DNA of 32,000 nt from Pseudoalteromonas translucida KMM 520 (GTDB taxonomy: Bacteria > Pseudomonadota > Gammaproteobacteria > Enterobacterales > Alteromonadaceae): the NCBI RefSeq assembly GCF_001465295.1, contig NZ_CP011034.1, forward strand, positions 1,650,001 through 1,682,000, given 5' to 3'. Both the position numbers and the translations under genes were made by a program. This document shows positions 1-9,225 of the stretch, piece after piece. Under the pieces are notes generated by a model. The model made no database searches and was not told where the DNA came from. It worked only from the letters and a program-made list of their open reading frames with translations. Numbering within the stretch: the first letter of the stretch is position 1; each line of letters opens with the position of its first letter.

Positions 1-617
1 CTGATTCATGTCGCCTTAAAGTAGGTAAAGAAATGTTTACTTACTTTGGCCCTGCATTTGTAAAAGAGTTAATTGATTTAGGTTTTGATGTATTTTTAGA
101 TTTAAAATTTCATGATATTCCTAATACAGTGGCAAAAGCAGTGACTGCAGCGGCAAAAATGGGTGTATGGATGGTTAATGTACATGCAAGTGGTGGCTTT
201 GAGATGATGAGTAAAGCAAAACAAGCACTAGCTCCATTTGGCGATAAAGCCCCATTATTAATTGCTGTTACCGTGCTAACGAGTATGGATGAGACAGAGT
301 TAAAGCGTTTAGGCGTAGAAAAAACACCACAAGAGCAAGTTATTTATTTAGCGAAGCTGGCAAAAGAAGCGGGGCTTGATGGTGTTGTTTGCTCTGCTCA
401 AGAAGCACAACAATTAAAAGCAGAGTTAGGCGTAGGCTTTAAGCTAGTAACGCCTGGTATTCGCCCAGTAGGAAGTGATGCCGGCGATCAAAAACGCATT
501 ATGACTCCTAAACAAGCTATAGATGCAGGTAGCGATTACTTGGTGATCGGACGTCCAATTACTCAAGCAGACAATCCTGTTGCTGTTTTAGCAGATGTTA
601 ATAAATCTATAGAATAA
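1..617 (+). CDS. pyrF: Orotidine-5'-phosphate decarboxylase, 5'-truncated by the window edge
   Basis: The reading frame is open from nt 3 ([17 protein letters not shown]...). The translation carries the PyrF hallmarks [12 protein letters not shown] and [11 protein letters not shown], and it aligns in my memory with E. coli PyrF. Stop codon at 615-617. Confidence 0.93.
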   Translation, partial: DSCRLKVGKEMFTYFGPAFVKELIDLGFDVFLDLKFHDIPNTVAKAVTAAAKMGVWMVNVHASGGFEMMSKAKQALAPFGDKAPLLIAVTVLTSMDETELKRLGVEKTPQEQVIYLAKLAKEAGLDGVVCSAQEAQQLKAELGVGFKLVTPGIRPVGSDAGDQKRIMTPKQAIDAGSDYLVIGRPITQADNPVAVLADVNKSIE

Positions 618-662
618 CTTAACAAAAATTCAGACTTTATTGCCAGAACCCTTGCGAGATGT

Positions 663-1085
663 TTGTTTTATGTTACATTAATAAAATCAAAATGCAGTAA
701 GGGTTTTATTTTGAGACTAATATTAGGTTCTATAGTGATTATTGTTGCTGGGTTTTCAGTAAACAAATATGTTTTTTCTAGTAAAGTGTATGATGGAGTG
801 ACGACAGTTACGGATATTGTTGCTATATATCCCGTAAATATATTCGATTTTAAACAAACAATGCAAAATTACGCATATCACCTTTGTTATAAAAATGAGG
901 ATAGATTAAGTCAGCAGCATGTATCTACAAATGAATGTGTAGATAGCCACGATAGCCTTAAACGAGAGTGTGAAGATAAAGTGTTTCGTTTAGCGCCATT
1001 AAATTTACAAAATAAAGAAGACGTACTCAATTACTCTAAGCAATATACACAATGTACTTTGCCGTATAAATATATTATTGGGTAG
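663..1085 (+). CDS. Hypothetical small membrane-anchored or secreted protein with 4 Cys in the extracytoplasmic part
   Basis: 140-codon ORF with no in-frame ATG near its 5' end. Candidate starts are TTG 663 or TTG 711; the latter has AAGGG 8 nt upstream. One N-terminal hydrophobic helix (LILGSIVIIVAGFSV) is followed by a polar Cys-containing domain. I recognise no family. Confidence 0.4.
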   Translation: MFYVTLIKSKCSKGFILRLILGSIVIIVAGFSVNKYVFSSKVYDGVTTVTDIVAIYPVNIFDFKQTMQNYAYHLCYKNEDRLSQQHVSTNECVDSHDSLKRECEDKVFRLAPLNLQNKEDVLNYSKQYTQCTLPYKYIIG

Positions 1086-1149
1086 TGAAAGGTTAGTTAT
1101 AAGCGCAAAGTGCAGCACTTAGGCTACACTCAACGCATAATAATAAATA

Positions 1150-1980
1150 TTATTTTAAGCGAATGGATTTCGCTTCAATTTCTATCAATCCTAGTTTAAA
1201 TAATCCACCAATTGCCTTTTTATAATTAGCTTTACTGGTCGAAAATATTTTCTTAATTGTTTCAGGATCTGACTTATCGCCTAAAGCAATAACGCCACCT
1301 TCCTCTTTTAGCTTCTCCATTATAACATCGCCAAGGTTACTAACTTTAGCCATACCTGGTTTCTCTAAAACAACGTCAATTTTGCCATCTTCACGTACTT
1401 TTTGAATAAAGCCTTTTAATTTTTGCCCTACAAATAAGCTTTTAAATACCATATTGTAAAAAATAACACCAAAGTGAGATTCTTCAATAAGGACTTTGTA
1501 ACCAATGTCTGTTTTGCCGGCTATGATCAAATCGACTTCTTGTAAATGAGTATATTGCGGCTCATCTTTAGATAAAAAACGATTAAAGTTGTTTGATGCA
1601 CAAATACGCTTACTGGCATTATCTAGGTACAAACGCACTAAATACGAATGGCCTTCTTGCATACGCGGTTTTTGCTCATTAAACGGCGCTAGTACATCTT
1701 TTTCTAAGCCCCAATCTAAAAAGGCACCAATACTATTAATTTCTTTAACACGCAGTAGGGCATATTCACCTACTTGTGCATGAGGCTTTTTAATTGTTGC
1801 TGTAGGTAAATTAGCATTATCTAAAAATATAAATACGCTAATGCTATCACCAGCTTCAAGCTCATGTTTTATTTCTTGTTTTGGTAAAAATACTTCGCCT
1901 AAATCGTGGCCGTCTAGGTAAGCACCTTCGTTACTAACTTCTTTTACAAATAAGGTTTGTGTGGTTCCAAGGTAACTCAT
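1150..1980 (-). CDS. S1 RNA-binding domain protein (CvfB/YitL family)
   Basis: 276 aa with repeated S1-like OB segments (GEYALLRVKEINSIGAFLDWGLEKDVL; GQKLKGFIQKVREDGKIDVVL) and a C-terminal winged-helix-like tail (KANYKKAIGGLFKLGLI). It starts 2 nt downstream of the helicase stop, so the two are probably co-transcribed. Confidence 0.75.
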   Translation of the reverse strand: MSYLGTTQTLFVKEVSNEGAYLDGHDLGEVFLPKQEIKHELEAGDSISVFIFLDNANLPTATIKKPHAQVGEYALLRVKEINSIGAFLDWGLEKDVLAPFNEQKPRMQEGHSYLVRLYLDNASKRICASNNFNRFLSKDEPQYTHLQEVDLIIAGKTDIGYKVLIEESHFGVIFYNMVFKSLFVGQKLKGFIQKVREDGKIDVVLEKPGMAKVSNLGDVIMEKLKEEGGVIALGDKSDPETIKKIFSTSKANYKKAIGGLFKLGLIEIEAKSIRLK

Positions 1981-1982
1981 AA

Positions 1983-3329
1983 TTATTCCTGTTCAGGCTT
2001 TTTTCTGCGGCGCATAGGAGTATCGCCATCAATATTAATAGGGGCTTTAATGGGAGCTGATGGTTTTTTAGGCTTAGCTTTGCGTTTAAACACTGGCTTT
2101 TTAGCTGCTACTGTTTTTTCTGTGGCTAAAACTGCAACTGGTTTCTTTTCTTTAATCCCTTTAAATTTAGCTTTTAAGCCATCAACGCTATCAAACTTTA
2201 ATTCATCATTTAAGAATGCTTTAATTGCTAAATAACTTGGCCAATCTTTAGGGCCTACTAACGACAGTGCGCTGCCTTTAAAACCAGCACGACCTGTTCG
2301 CCCAATTCGGTGAACATATTCTTCAGCGTGTTTAGGTAAATCAAAATTTATAACATGGGTAACACTGAGTAAATCTAAGCCACGTGACGCAACATCTGTG
2401 GTTATTAATATTTTGAAGTTTTCACGGCTAAACGCATCCATAATATCGAGGCGCTTATTTTGTGCTAAATCACCCGCTAATGGCTGTGCTTTAAAACCTT
2501 TAGCGCAAAGCGCTTCGCTCAAACGGCTGGTATCTGCACGGGTAGCTGTAAATATAATACATTGGCCAACATCGTCTTGATTCAAAAAGTGCTCAAGCAA
2601 GGCTTCTTTATGATCAAGATGATCAGCAAGGTACAAGCTTTGTTTAATATCTGAGTGTTGCTCGTTTGCAGCGCTGAGCATTATTTGCTTAGGCTTTTTT
2701 AATAAGTTGCGCGACAGTGCATCTACTTGTGCATGATCCAGCGTAGCCGAAAACAATAATGTTTGGCGCAGGCGATGGTCGGCCAAGTCATTAATCATTT
2801 TAAGCTGTTCGGTAAAGCCTAAATCCAGGATGCGGTCTGCTTCATCAAAAATAAGTAGCTCAAGGCCGCTCAATTGTAACGTACGCTTTGTAAGGTGATC
2901 GGCTAGACGACCTGGTGTTGCAACTACAAACTGCGGATCGTTTCTAAGCGCTTTAATTTGGTCATTAAAATTTTCGCCGCCGAGTATTTTTACGGCTTTA
3001 ATGTTTGTACCCGCTATTAATAAACGCAGTTGTGTAAATACTTGCGTAGCAAGCTCACGTGTTGGAGCAACAATAAGTACCCGAGGATCGCGTTTACTGA
3101 GTGCTTTTTGTTTCATTACTCGTTGAACAGCGGGTAATAAAAACGCCAAGGTTTTGCCTGACCCTGTTTTAGACTGGGCGAAAATGTCATGCCCTGCAAG
3201 TGCTGTAGGCACTGCATGTGCTTGAATGTCGGTAGGCTGGGTGATCCCTTGATGTGCTAGTTGTGTTTCAAGGCGATTATCAATCCCAAGATCAGTAAAG
3301 TGCAAGGTGTGTTTCTCCAAAATGAGCAA
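1983..3329 (-). CDS. DEAD-box ATP-dependent RNA helicase with a basic C-terminal tail
   Basis: Carries the Q motif (TQPTDIQ), motif I (SKTGSGKT), PTRELA, DEAD (FDEAD), SAT and HRIGRTGRAG, plus a Lys/Arg-rich tail. There is no in-frame ATG at the 5' end. The true start may be TTG at 3305 (MHFTDLG...), which has GGAG 9 nt upstream, rather than TTG at 3329. Confidence 0.9.
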   Translation of the reverse strand: MLILEKHTLHFTDLGIDNRLETQLAHQGITQPTDIQAHAVPTALAGHDIFAQSKTGSGKTLAFLLPAVQRVMKQKALSKRDPRVLIVAPTRELATQVFTQLRLLIAGTNIKAVKILGGENFNDQIKALRNDPQFVVATPGRLADHLTKRTLQLSGLELLIFDEADRILDLGFTEQLKMINDLADHRLRQTLLFSATLDHAQVDALSRNLLKKPKQIMLSAANEQHSDIKQSLYLADHLDHKEALLEHFLNQDDVGQCIIFTATRADTSRLSEALCAKGFKAQPLAGDLAQNKRLDIMDAFSRENFKILITTDVASRGLDLLSVTHVINFDLPKHAEEYVHRIGRTGRAGFKGSALSLVGPKDWPSYLAIKAFLNDELKFDSVDGLKAKFKGIKEKKPVAVLATEKTVAAKKPVFKRKAKPKKPSAPIKAPINIDGDTPMRRRKKPEQE

Positions 3330-3502
3330 GTTATATCTTTAATTCTATCGGCGCATTATAGCCCACAGAGGCGTATGGCTAACAGTAAAATGCAAATTAT
3401 AAGGCTAATTTTTGCATTTAATCACAAAAAGCGTAAAATACGCGCCCAAGATGCGCCGGATTTACGATTCGGTATATATTAAAAAGCAAAATAGGAATAA
3501 AT

Positions 3503-4510
3503 ATGACGGCTGTTCATAAAGATAATTTAACCAGCGAGCACTTTATAGTGTGTGCACTGTATAAATTTGTAGCATTACCTGAGTTTGAAGCGCTTAGAAA
3601 ACCATTACTAGATGTAATGGAGGCAAATGAAGTTCGCGGTACTTTACTAATCGCCTCTGAGGGTATTAATGGTACGGTTTCAGCTAAACGTGCTGGCATA
3701 GATAATCTTCTCAAATGGCTTGAACAACAGCCAAGCCTTGATAACATTGTTACTAAAGAATCTTACGATGACGAATGCCCATTTTACCGCACCAAAGTAA
3801 AACTAAAAAAAGAAATTGTGACTATGGGGGTTGAGGGCATCGATCCGCTAAAAGTAGTGGGTAGTTATGTTAAGCCAAATGAATGGAACGCATTAATTTC
3901 AGACCCAGATGTGATACTTATAGATACCCGCAACGATTACGAAATTGAAATAGGTACTTTTCAAAACGCGGTTGATCCTAACACCAAAACATTCCGTGAA
4001 TTTCCGCAGTGGGCTAAAGAAAACCTTGATCCAAGCAAGCATAAAAAAGTAGCTATGTTTTGTACCGGCGGTATCCGCTGTGAAAAATCAACAGCGTATA
4101 TGAAAGAGCAGGGCTTTGATGAAGTGTATCACCTTGAAGGCGGCATTTTAAAATACCTTGAAGAAGTACCAAAAGATGAAACCATGTGGGAAGGCGAATG
4201 TTTTGTATTTGATAATCGCGTAGCGGTTAATCACGACTTGCAAAAAGGCTCGTATGACCAATGTCATGCGTGTCGTATGCCGATCACCGAAGACGAAAAG
4301 TTAAAAGCTGAATATATGGAAGGCGTGTCGTGTCATCATTGTATTGATAATGTAAGTGATGAGCAGAGAGAACGTTTTGCTGAGCGTCAAAAGCAAATAG
4401 AGCTTGCACAAGCGCGTGGCGAAGGCCATATTGGTAATGAGGCTCAGGCTATTTTACAGCAACGTAAAGAGGCTAAAAATGCTAAAAAACAAGCCCAGCG
4501 TAGTAAATAA
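3503..4510 (+). CDS. trhO: Rhodanese-domain protein of the YceA/TrhO family (tRNA uridine-34 hydroxylase)
   Basis: 335 aa. UPF0176-type N-terminus ([11 protein letters not shown]...[12 protein letters not shown]), rhodanese active-site loop CTGGIRCEK, and a C-terminal Cys cluster (CHACRMP...CHHC). Confidence 0.85.
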   Translation: MTAVHKDNLTSEHFIVCALYKFVALPEFEALRKPLLDVMEANEVRGTLLIASEGINGTVSAKRAGIDNLLKWLEQQPSLDNIVTKESYDDECPFYRTKVKLKKEIVTMGVEGIDPLKVVGSYVKPNEWNALISDPDVILIDTRNDYEIEIGTFQNAVDPNTKTFREFPQWAKENLDPSKHKKVAMFCTGGIRCEKSTAYMKEQGFDEVYHLEGGILKYLEEVPKDETMWEGECFVFDNRVAVNHDLQKGSYDQCHACRMPITEDEKLKAEYMEGVSCHHCIDNVSDEQRERFAERQKQIELAQARGEGHIGNEAQAILQQRKEAKNAKKQAQRSK

Positions 4511-4529
4511 TATTTTATTAAATTAATTT

Positions 4530-4557
4530 AAAAAGAGTCTTTATTGACTCTTTTTTT
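4530..4557 (+). terminator. Rho-independent terminator after trhO
   Basis: AAAAAGAGTC (4530-4539) pairs with GACTCTTTTT (4546-4555) around a 6-nt loop and runs into a T tract. Confidence 0.7.
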
Positions 4558-4667
4558 GTATCCACTGTATGTTTTAACCTAAGATTGATAATGTTAGCCT
4601 TTAGGTAATACCTATTGCATTAAATTAGTATAAAACACATCATAATATCGCTATGTAGGAAGCAACT

Positions 4668-6563
4668 ATGCAAGCCGAACAAATAGAAATAGCGCAGTTT
4701 TTAGCACAACACCCTCCTTTTAACGATTTACCCACTAAAGCGCTTAACGAGCTGGCGCAACAAGTTGAAGTTGCATACTTTAGAGCGCAAACAGAAATTT
4801 TACAGTTAGGCCAAGATATTGCCGACTTGTACGTTATAAGAAGCGGTTCGGTAGAAATGTATCGTCGTAATGGCGAGCTTTATAATCGTTTAGCTGTGGG
4901 TGGAATATTTGGCCAAATGGGCCTATTGATGAACCGCAAAGTGCGCTTTCCGGCCACTGCACTTGAAGACACGTTGGTTTATTGTATTAATGTTGAATTG
5001 TTTAATCGTTATTGCGATGAGTTTGATGCATTTGCTGATTACTTTGAAACCGACGGCAATGTACGTTTGCACCAAGCTATTGTTGAGCAAGCCGATAGTA
5101 ACGATTTAACGACAGCAAAAGTAAAATCGCTTATTCATCGCGATGTAGTGACAGTATTAACCACTTCTACGGTGCAAGATGTTGCCAAATTAATGAGTGA
5201 AGAAGCGGTTTCATCAGTACTGGTTACAGATATAAATAAGCCCGTTAACGACGATCCTGAAGAAGATGATGGCCAAGTAGTTGGTATAATTACCGACCGA
5301 GATTTACGTAATAAAGTGGTTGCCCCAGGGCTGTCGTTTGACACTCAAGCACAGCATATTATGTCTACTAACTTAGTGATTTTAGATGCTAATGCCTACG
5401 TTTTCGAAGCTGTATTAGCTATGTTAAGAGATAGCCTACATCATTTGCCGGTAGTGCAAAAACGCAGGCCGATTGGGGTAATATCACTGTCTGATATTTT
5501 ACGTTACGAGTCGCAAAGTAGCTTGTTATTAGTGCGTGGTATTTTGGCCCAGCAATCAGTGGAAGACTTAACCCATTATGCCCGCCAGTTACCTAATGTA
5601 TTTGTACGTATGGTTAACGAAGATGCAAACTCTCATATGGTTGGTACAGCCATGGCAGTGATTGGCCGTACTTTTAAGCAAAGGCTATTAATATTAGCTG
5701 AAGAAAAGTATGGGCCAGCTCCCGTGCCTTATTGTTTTATTGCTTTAGGCTCCATGGCACGCGATGAGCAACTTATAGTGACGGATCAAGATAATGCGCT
5801 TATTTTAGATGACAGTTACAACGATGAGTTGCATAACGAATACTTTCAAAATATTGCAGACTTTGTTTGCGATGGTTTAGCACAATGTGGCTACACCTAT
5901 TGTGATGGCGAAATTATGGCGTCATTCAAAAAGTGGCGTAAAACTCGCTCCCAGTGGTTTGAGCAATTTGCAGATTGGATAGCAAAGCCAAAGCCACAAA
6001 CGTTATTACACAGCTCCATATTTTTTGATTTGGACGGCGTTTGGGGTAAAACAAAATGGGCCGATGAGCTCAAAGTCTTTGTTGCTAAACAAAGCAAAGC
6101 AAATAGGGTGTTTTTGGCAAATATGGCTGCTAATGCGCGTAATCGAACGCCGCCTCTTGGGTTCTTCAAGGGTTTTGTTTTAGAGCATAACGGCCAGCAT
6201 AAGCACTCAATGAACTTAAAACGCCGTGGTACCGCACCACTTTCTGATGTAATACGGGTGCATGCATTAGCGATTGGTTCACGAAAACAAAACTCGTTTG
6301 ACCGCCTTGAGGATATAATTGCTGCAAAAAGCTTACCCGAGGGTAAAGCACAAGATTTACGTGATGCACTGGAATATATAGCTATGATGCGAATTCGTCA
6401 TCAAGCATTACAAATAGAGCAAGGTGAAGAACCCGATAATAATTTAGATCCACATCAACTTTCACCGTTTGAGCAGCGTAATTTAAAAGAGGCATTTGCG
6501 ATCCTTGAAAAAGCGCAAAATTATCTAAAATTTAGCTTTATTTCAAATACAAGTGTGAAGTGA
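4668..6563 (+). CDS. Cyclic-nucleotide-binding / CBS-pair / DUF294-type nucleotidyltransferase protein
   Basis: 631 aa. N-terminal cNMP-binding-like fold (YVIRSGSVEMY...GGIFGQMGLL), then two CBS repeats (VTDRDLRNKV, HHLPVV...GVISLSDIL). A pol-beta-type NTase motif follows (ALGSMARDEQLIVTDQDNALIL), then a helical C-terminal substrate-binding-like domain. Confidence 0.8.
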   Translation: MQAEQIEIAQFLAQHPPFNDLPTKALNELAQQVEVAYFRAQTEILQLGQDIADLYVIRSGSVEMYRRNGELYNRLAVGGIFGQMGLLMNRKVRFPATALEDTLVYCINVELFNRYCDEFDAFADYFETDGNVRLHQAIVEQADSNDLTTAKVKSLIHRDVVTVLTTSTVQDVAKLMSEEAVSSVLVTDINKPVNDDPEEDDGQVVGIITDRDLRNKVVAPGLSFDTQAQHIMSTNLVILDANAYVFEAVLAMLRDSLHHLPVVQKRRPIGVISLSDILRYESQSSLLLVRGILAQQSVEDLTHYARQLPNVFVRMVNEDANSHMVGTAMAVIGRTFKQRLLILAEEKYGPAPVPYCFIALGSMARDEQLIVTDQDNALILDDSYNDELHNEYFQNIADFVCDGLAQCGYTYCDGEIMASFKKWRKTRSQWFEQFADWIAKPKPQTLLHSSIFFDLDGVWGKTKWADELKVFVAKQSKANRVFLANMAANARNRTPPLGFFKGFVLEHNGQHKHSMNLKRRGTAPLSDVIRVHALAIGSRKQNSFDRLEDIIAAKSLPEGKAQDLRDALEYIAMMRIRHQALQIEQGEEPDNNLDPHQLSPFEQRNLKEAFAILEKAQNYLKFSFISNTSVK

Positions 6564-6570
6564 TTTTTCT

Positions 6571-7281
6571 ATGAGCAAGCAAAAGCAAGCAATAGTTGAC
6601 TGGTCGCTTAGGTATCAGCAATTAGCAAATGGCAGTGAAAGTGCATTGTTACAGCAGTTTTATGCATCGGCTTTTAATCAGCCTGGTGCAGCAATAGCTG
6701 ATGTGCCATTTGTAGCAATGGACTTTGAAACCACCGGCTTAGATAGCGAAGCAGATGACATAGTGAGTGTGGGTTTAGTGCCTTTTAACTTACAGCGAAT
6801 ATACTGCAAGCACAGCCGCCATTGGGTAGTACAACCGCGCAGAAACTTACATGAAGAATCTATAATCATTCATGGTATTACGCACTCAGAGGTTGATGAT
6901 GCACCAGACTTTAATCGTATTATTGAGCCATTGCTTGCCGCGCTAAGCGGTAAAGTAGTGGTGGTACATTATGCAGCAATAGAGCGGCCATTTTTAAATA
7001 ATGCGTTGCTACTTAGGCTGCACGAAGGCATAGAGTTTGCGTTAGTTGATACTATGGATATTGAGAAAAGAGCATTAACAGCACGTCAGGGTTTAATAGG
7101 GCGGCTATTTAACTCTAAAATAGGCTCGTTGCGATTAAACGATTGTCGTAAGCGCTACTCACTCCCTGCGTATAATAATCATAATGCCTTAACAGATGCA
7201 TTGGCCACAGCTGAGTTGTTACAAGCGCAGCTGAGTCATCATTATCGCTTAGATACGCCGATAGATGATTTGTGGGTATAA
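6571..7281 (+). CDS. DEDDh 3'-5' exonuclease (DnaQ/epsilon-like domain protein)
   Basis: 236 aa with Exo I (VAMDFETTGLD), Exo II (VVVHYAAIERPFL) and Exo III (HNALTDALATAELL). It starts 8 nt after the preceding stop. Confidence 0.85.
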   Translation: MSKQKQAIVDWSLRYQQLANGSESALLQQFYASAFNQPGAAIADVPFVAMDFETTGLDSEADDIVSVGLVPFNLQRIYCKHSRHWVVQPRRNLHEESIIIHGITHSEVDDAPDFNRIIEPLLAALSGKVVVVHYAAIERPFLNNALLLRLHEGIEFALVDTMDIEKRALTARQGLIGRLFNSKIGSLRLNDCRKRYSLPAYNNHNALTDALATAELLQAQLSHHYRLDTPIDDLWV

Positions 7282-7299
7282 ACTTTATTTTATAGCTAT

Positions 7300-7331
7300 A
7301 AAAAAACGCCGCATAACTTGCGGCGTTTTTA
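7300..7331. terminator. Bidirectional rho-independent terminator between convergent genes
   Basis: AAAAACGCCGCA (7302-7313) pairs with TGCGGCGTTTTT (7319-7330) around a 5-nt loop. A and T tracts lie on both sides, so it can serve the exonuclease (+) and the BCCT gene (-). Confidence 0.8.
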
Positions 7332-7372
7332 TTAGTACTTTTTATAGTTACCAGTAAGGGTAATAAGTACGG

Positions 7373-8953
7373 TTACTTTTTAGTACGAGGTTCAGTACGT
7401 AAGCCCAACACTAAGCTTAAACACATAAACAACAATACAATAGTAAAAGGTAATCCGGCAGATATAGCGCCAGCTTGCAGCGCTTGTATAGCTTCAGTAC
7501 CACCTATCCAAAGTAGTGCGGCAGCTACCGCACCTTGGGTCACAGCCCAAAAGATACGTTGTGGTACAGGTGCATCAATTTTGCCACCAGCGGTGATCGA
7601 ATCAATTACCAATGAACCAGAATCCGATGACGTAATAAAAAACACCAATACTAAAATAATCGCTACAAACGATAAAATGTTAGACAAAGGTAATGCATCA
7701 AACATTTGGAACATAGCAAGTGGTACTTCAGTAAGGCCGTTAGTACCTAGCTCACCTACATTATTAACCACCTGATCAATAGCAATACCGCCGTATATAG
7801 ACATCCACAAAATAGTAACAGCAGTAGGCACTAGTAATACCGCAATTAAAAATTCACGTATAGTACGACCACGAGAAACACGCGCAATAAACATACCTAC
7901 AAACGGTGACCAGGAAATCCACCACGCCCAGTACGATACAGTCCAGCCGTGCATCCAGGTTTCATCTTCACGACCATGAGGATTACTTAAAGGAATAATA
8001 TTTTCTACATAGCCCATTATGGTAGTAGGAACATTACCTATAGCAACAGCAAAGCCAACTAAAAATACAAACACAAGTAAAACCAAGGCAATTAACATAT
8101 TGGCATTACTAAGTACTTTTACTCCGCCATCAATCCCTCTAACTACCGAAATAATAGCTAAAAGTGAAACCCCAATAATAACTAAAATTTGTGAACCAAC
8201 ACCGCCAGAGGTACCAAATACATGATCTATACCTGCAGAGGCTTGTTGTGCTCCTAACCCTAGTGAAGTTGCAAGACCAAAGAGTGTTGCAAGCACAGCT
8301 AAAATGTCGATAAGGTGGCCAGGCCATCCCCATGCTCTATCACCTAAAATAGGATAAAAAATAGAACGGATAGACAGTGGTAAACCTTTGTTATAAGTAA
8401 AGAATGCAAGTGAAAGTGCGACAACTGCATAAATAGCCCACGGATGCAGACCCCAATGGAACATAGTTGCGCCCATTGCTAGTTTTGCAGCCTCTGGTGT
8501 ATTAGGAGCTACATTTAAAGGTGTTTCAAACCAGCCAGTATAATAAGCAAGCGGTTCTGCAACACCCCAAAACATTAGGCCAATACCCATACCTGCAGCA
8601 AATAACATAGCTAACCATGAAAGGCGAGAGTGAGTAGGTACTGCATCATCTCCCCCTAAACGTATTTTACCGTAAGGCGATACAATTAGTGCTAAACAAA
8701 AAATAACGAAAAAGTTAGCAGCCCACATAAATAAGGCGTCAAAGTTATTAATAATATCTGTTTTTATACTATCAAGTGCAGACTTAGCTGTTTGTGGATC
8801 GGTAACTAAAATAGCGATCAAAAAGATGACAATCAGACCAGCACTTATGCCGAAAACAGAGTTATGTATATCTAACCCCCATTTTTGTACGTTGTCTTGA
8901 CCTACGGTATAGTCCGTACTATCAATACTATATTTGTCATGCTCTTCGCTCAT
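7373..8953 (-). CDS. BCCT-family (betaine/carnitine/choline-type) transporter
   Basis: Polytopic membrane protein with the BCCT signature WTVSYWAWWISWSPFVGMFIARVSRGRTIREF. The ORF opens at 8965, but the ATG at 8953 (MSEEHDKY...) has GAGG 6 nt upstream, so I prefer it. Confidence 0.9.
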   Translation of the reverse strand: MSEEHDKYSIDSTDYTVGQDNVQKWGLDIHNSVFGISAGLIVIFLIAILVTDPQTAKSALDSIKTDIINNFDALFMWAANFFVIFCLALIVSPYGKIRLGGDDAVPTHSRLSWLAMLFAAGMGIGLMFWGVAEPLAYYTGWFETPLNVAPNTPEAAKLAMGATMFHWGLHPWAIYAVVALSLAFFTYNKGLPLSIRSIFYPILGDRAWGWPGHLIDILAVLATLFGLATSLGLGAQQASAGIDHVFGTSGGVGSQILVIIGVSLLAIISVVRGIDGGVKVLSNANMLIALVLLVFVFLVGFAVAIGNVPTTIMGYVENIIPLSNPHGREDETWMHGWTVSYWAWWISWSPFVGMFIARVSRGRTIREFLIAVLLVPTAVTILWMSIYGGIAIDQVVNNVGELGTNGLTEVPLAMFQMFDALPLSNILSFVAIILVLVFFITSSDSGSLVIDSITAGGKIDAPVPQRIFWAVTQGAVAAALLWIGGTEAIQALQAGAISAGLPFTIVLLFMCLSLVLGLRTEPRTKK

Positions 8954-9225
8954 GCAATACCTCATTTGTTGTTCTAACCCTGGATGTTACCCAGTGTCGT
9001 AATTAATTATATTAGTCTTGTAATTATATTAGTTTAAACACAAATAATTAGAAGACTAACTAATCTGATTTTTGATCATTAACTTTACTAGTGTATGAGT
9101 TAAATACTAAATGTAAATGATTTTGTATTTAGACTGCTGATATTATAGTCAAAATGGTGATATTTGTTGCTTTTAAGTATAAAAAACAAACACTCTCTAA
9201 CTTGTTAAATTAGTTTACTATTTAC

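Noticed and set aside
3261-3482. 73-aa + strand ORF spanning the helicase 5' end and the helicase/trhO intergenic region (possible small basic peptide from ATG 3375)
   Set aside because: Its 5' half is antisense to the helicase. The internal ATG has a GAGG only 3 nt upstream, which is poor spacing. There is no family resemblance, so it is more likely promoter DNA for the two divergent genes.
9165-9225. A sigma-70 promoter driving the structured element (TATAAA at 9178-9183; TTGTTA at 9202-9207)
   Set aside because: I could not find a -35/-10 pair with proper 16-18 bp spacing and good matches. In such AT-rich DNA, -10-like hexamers are frequent by chance. This needs transcription start site mapping.
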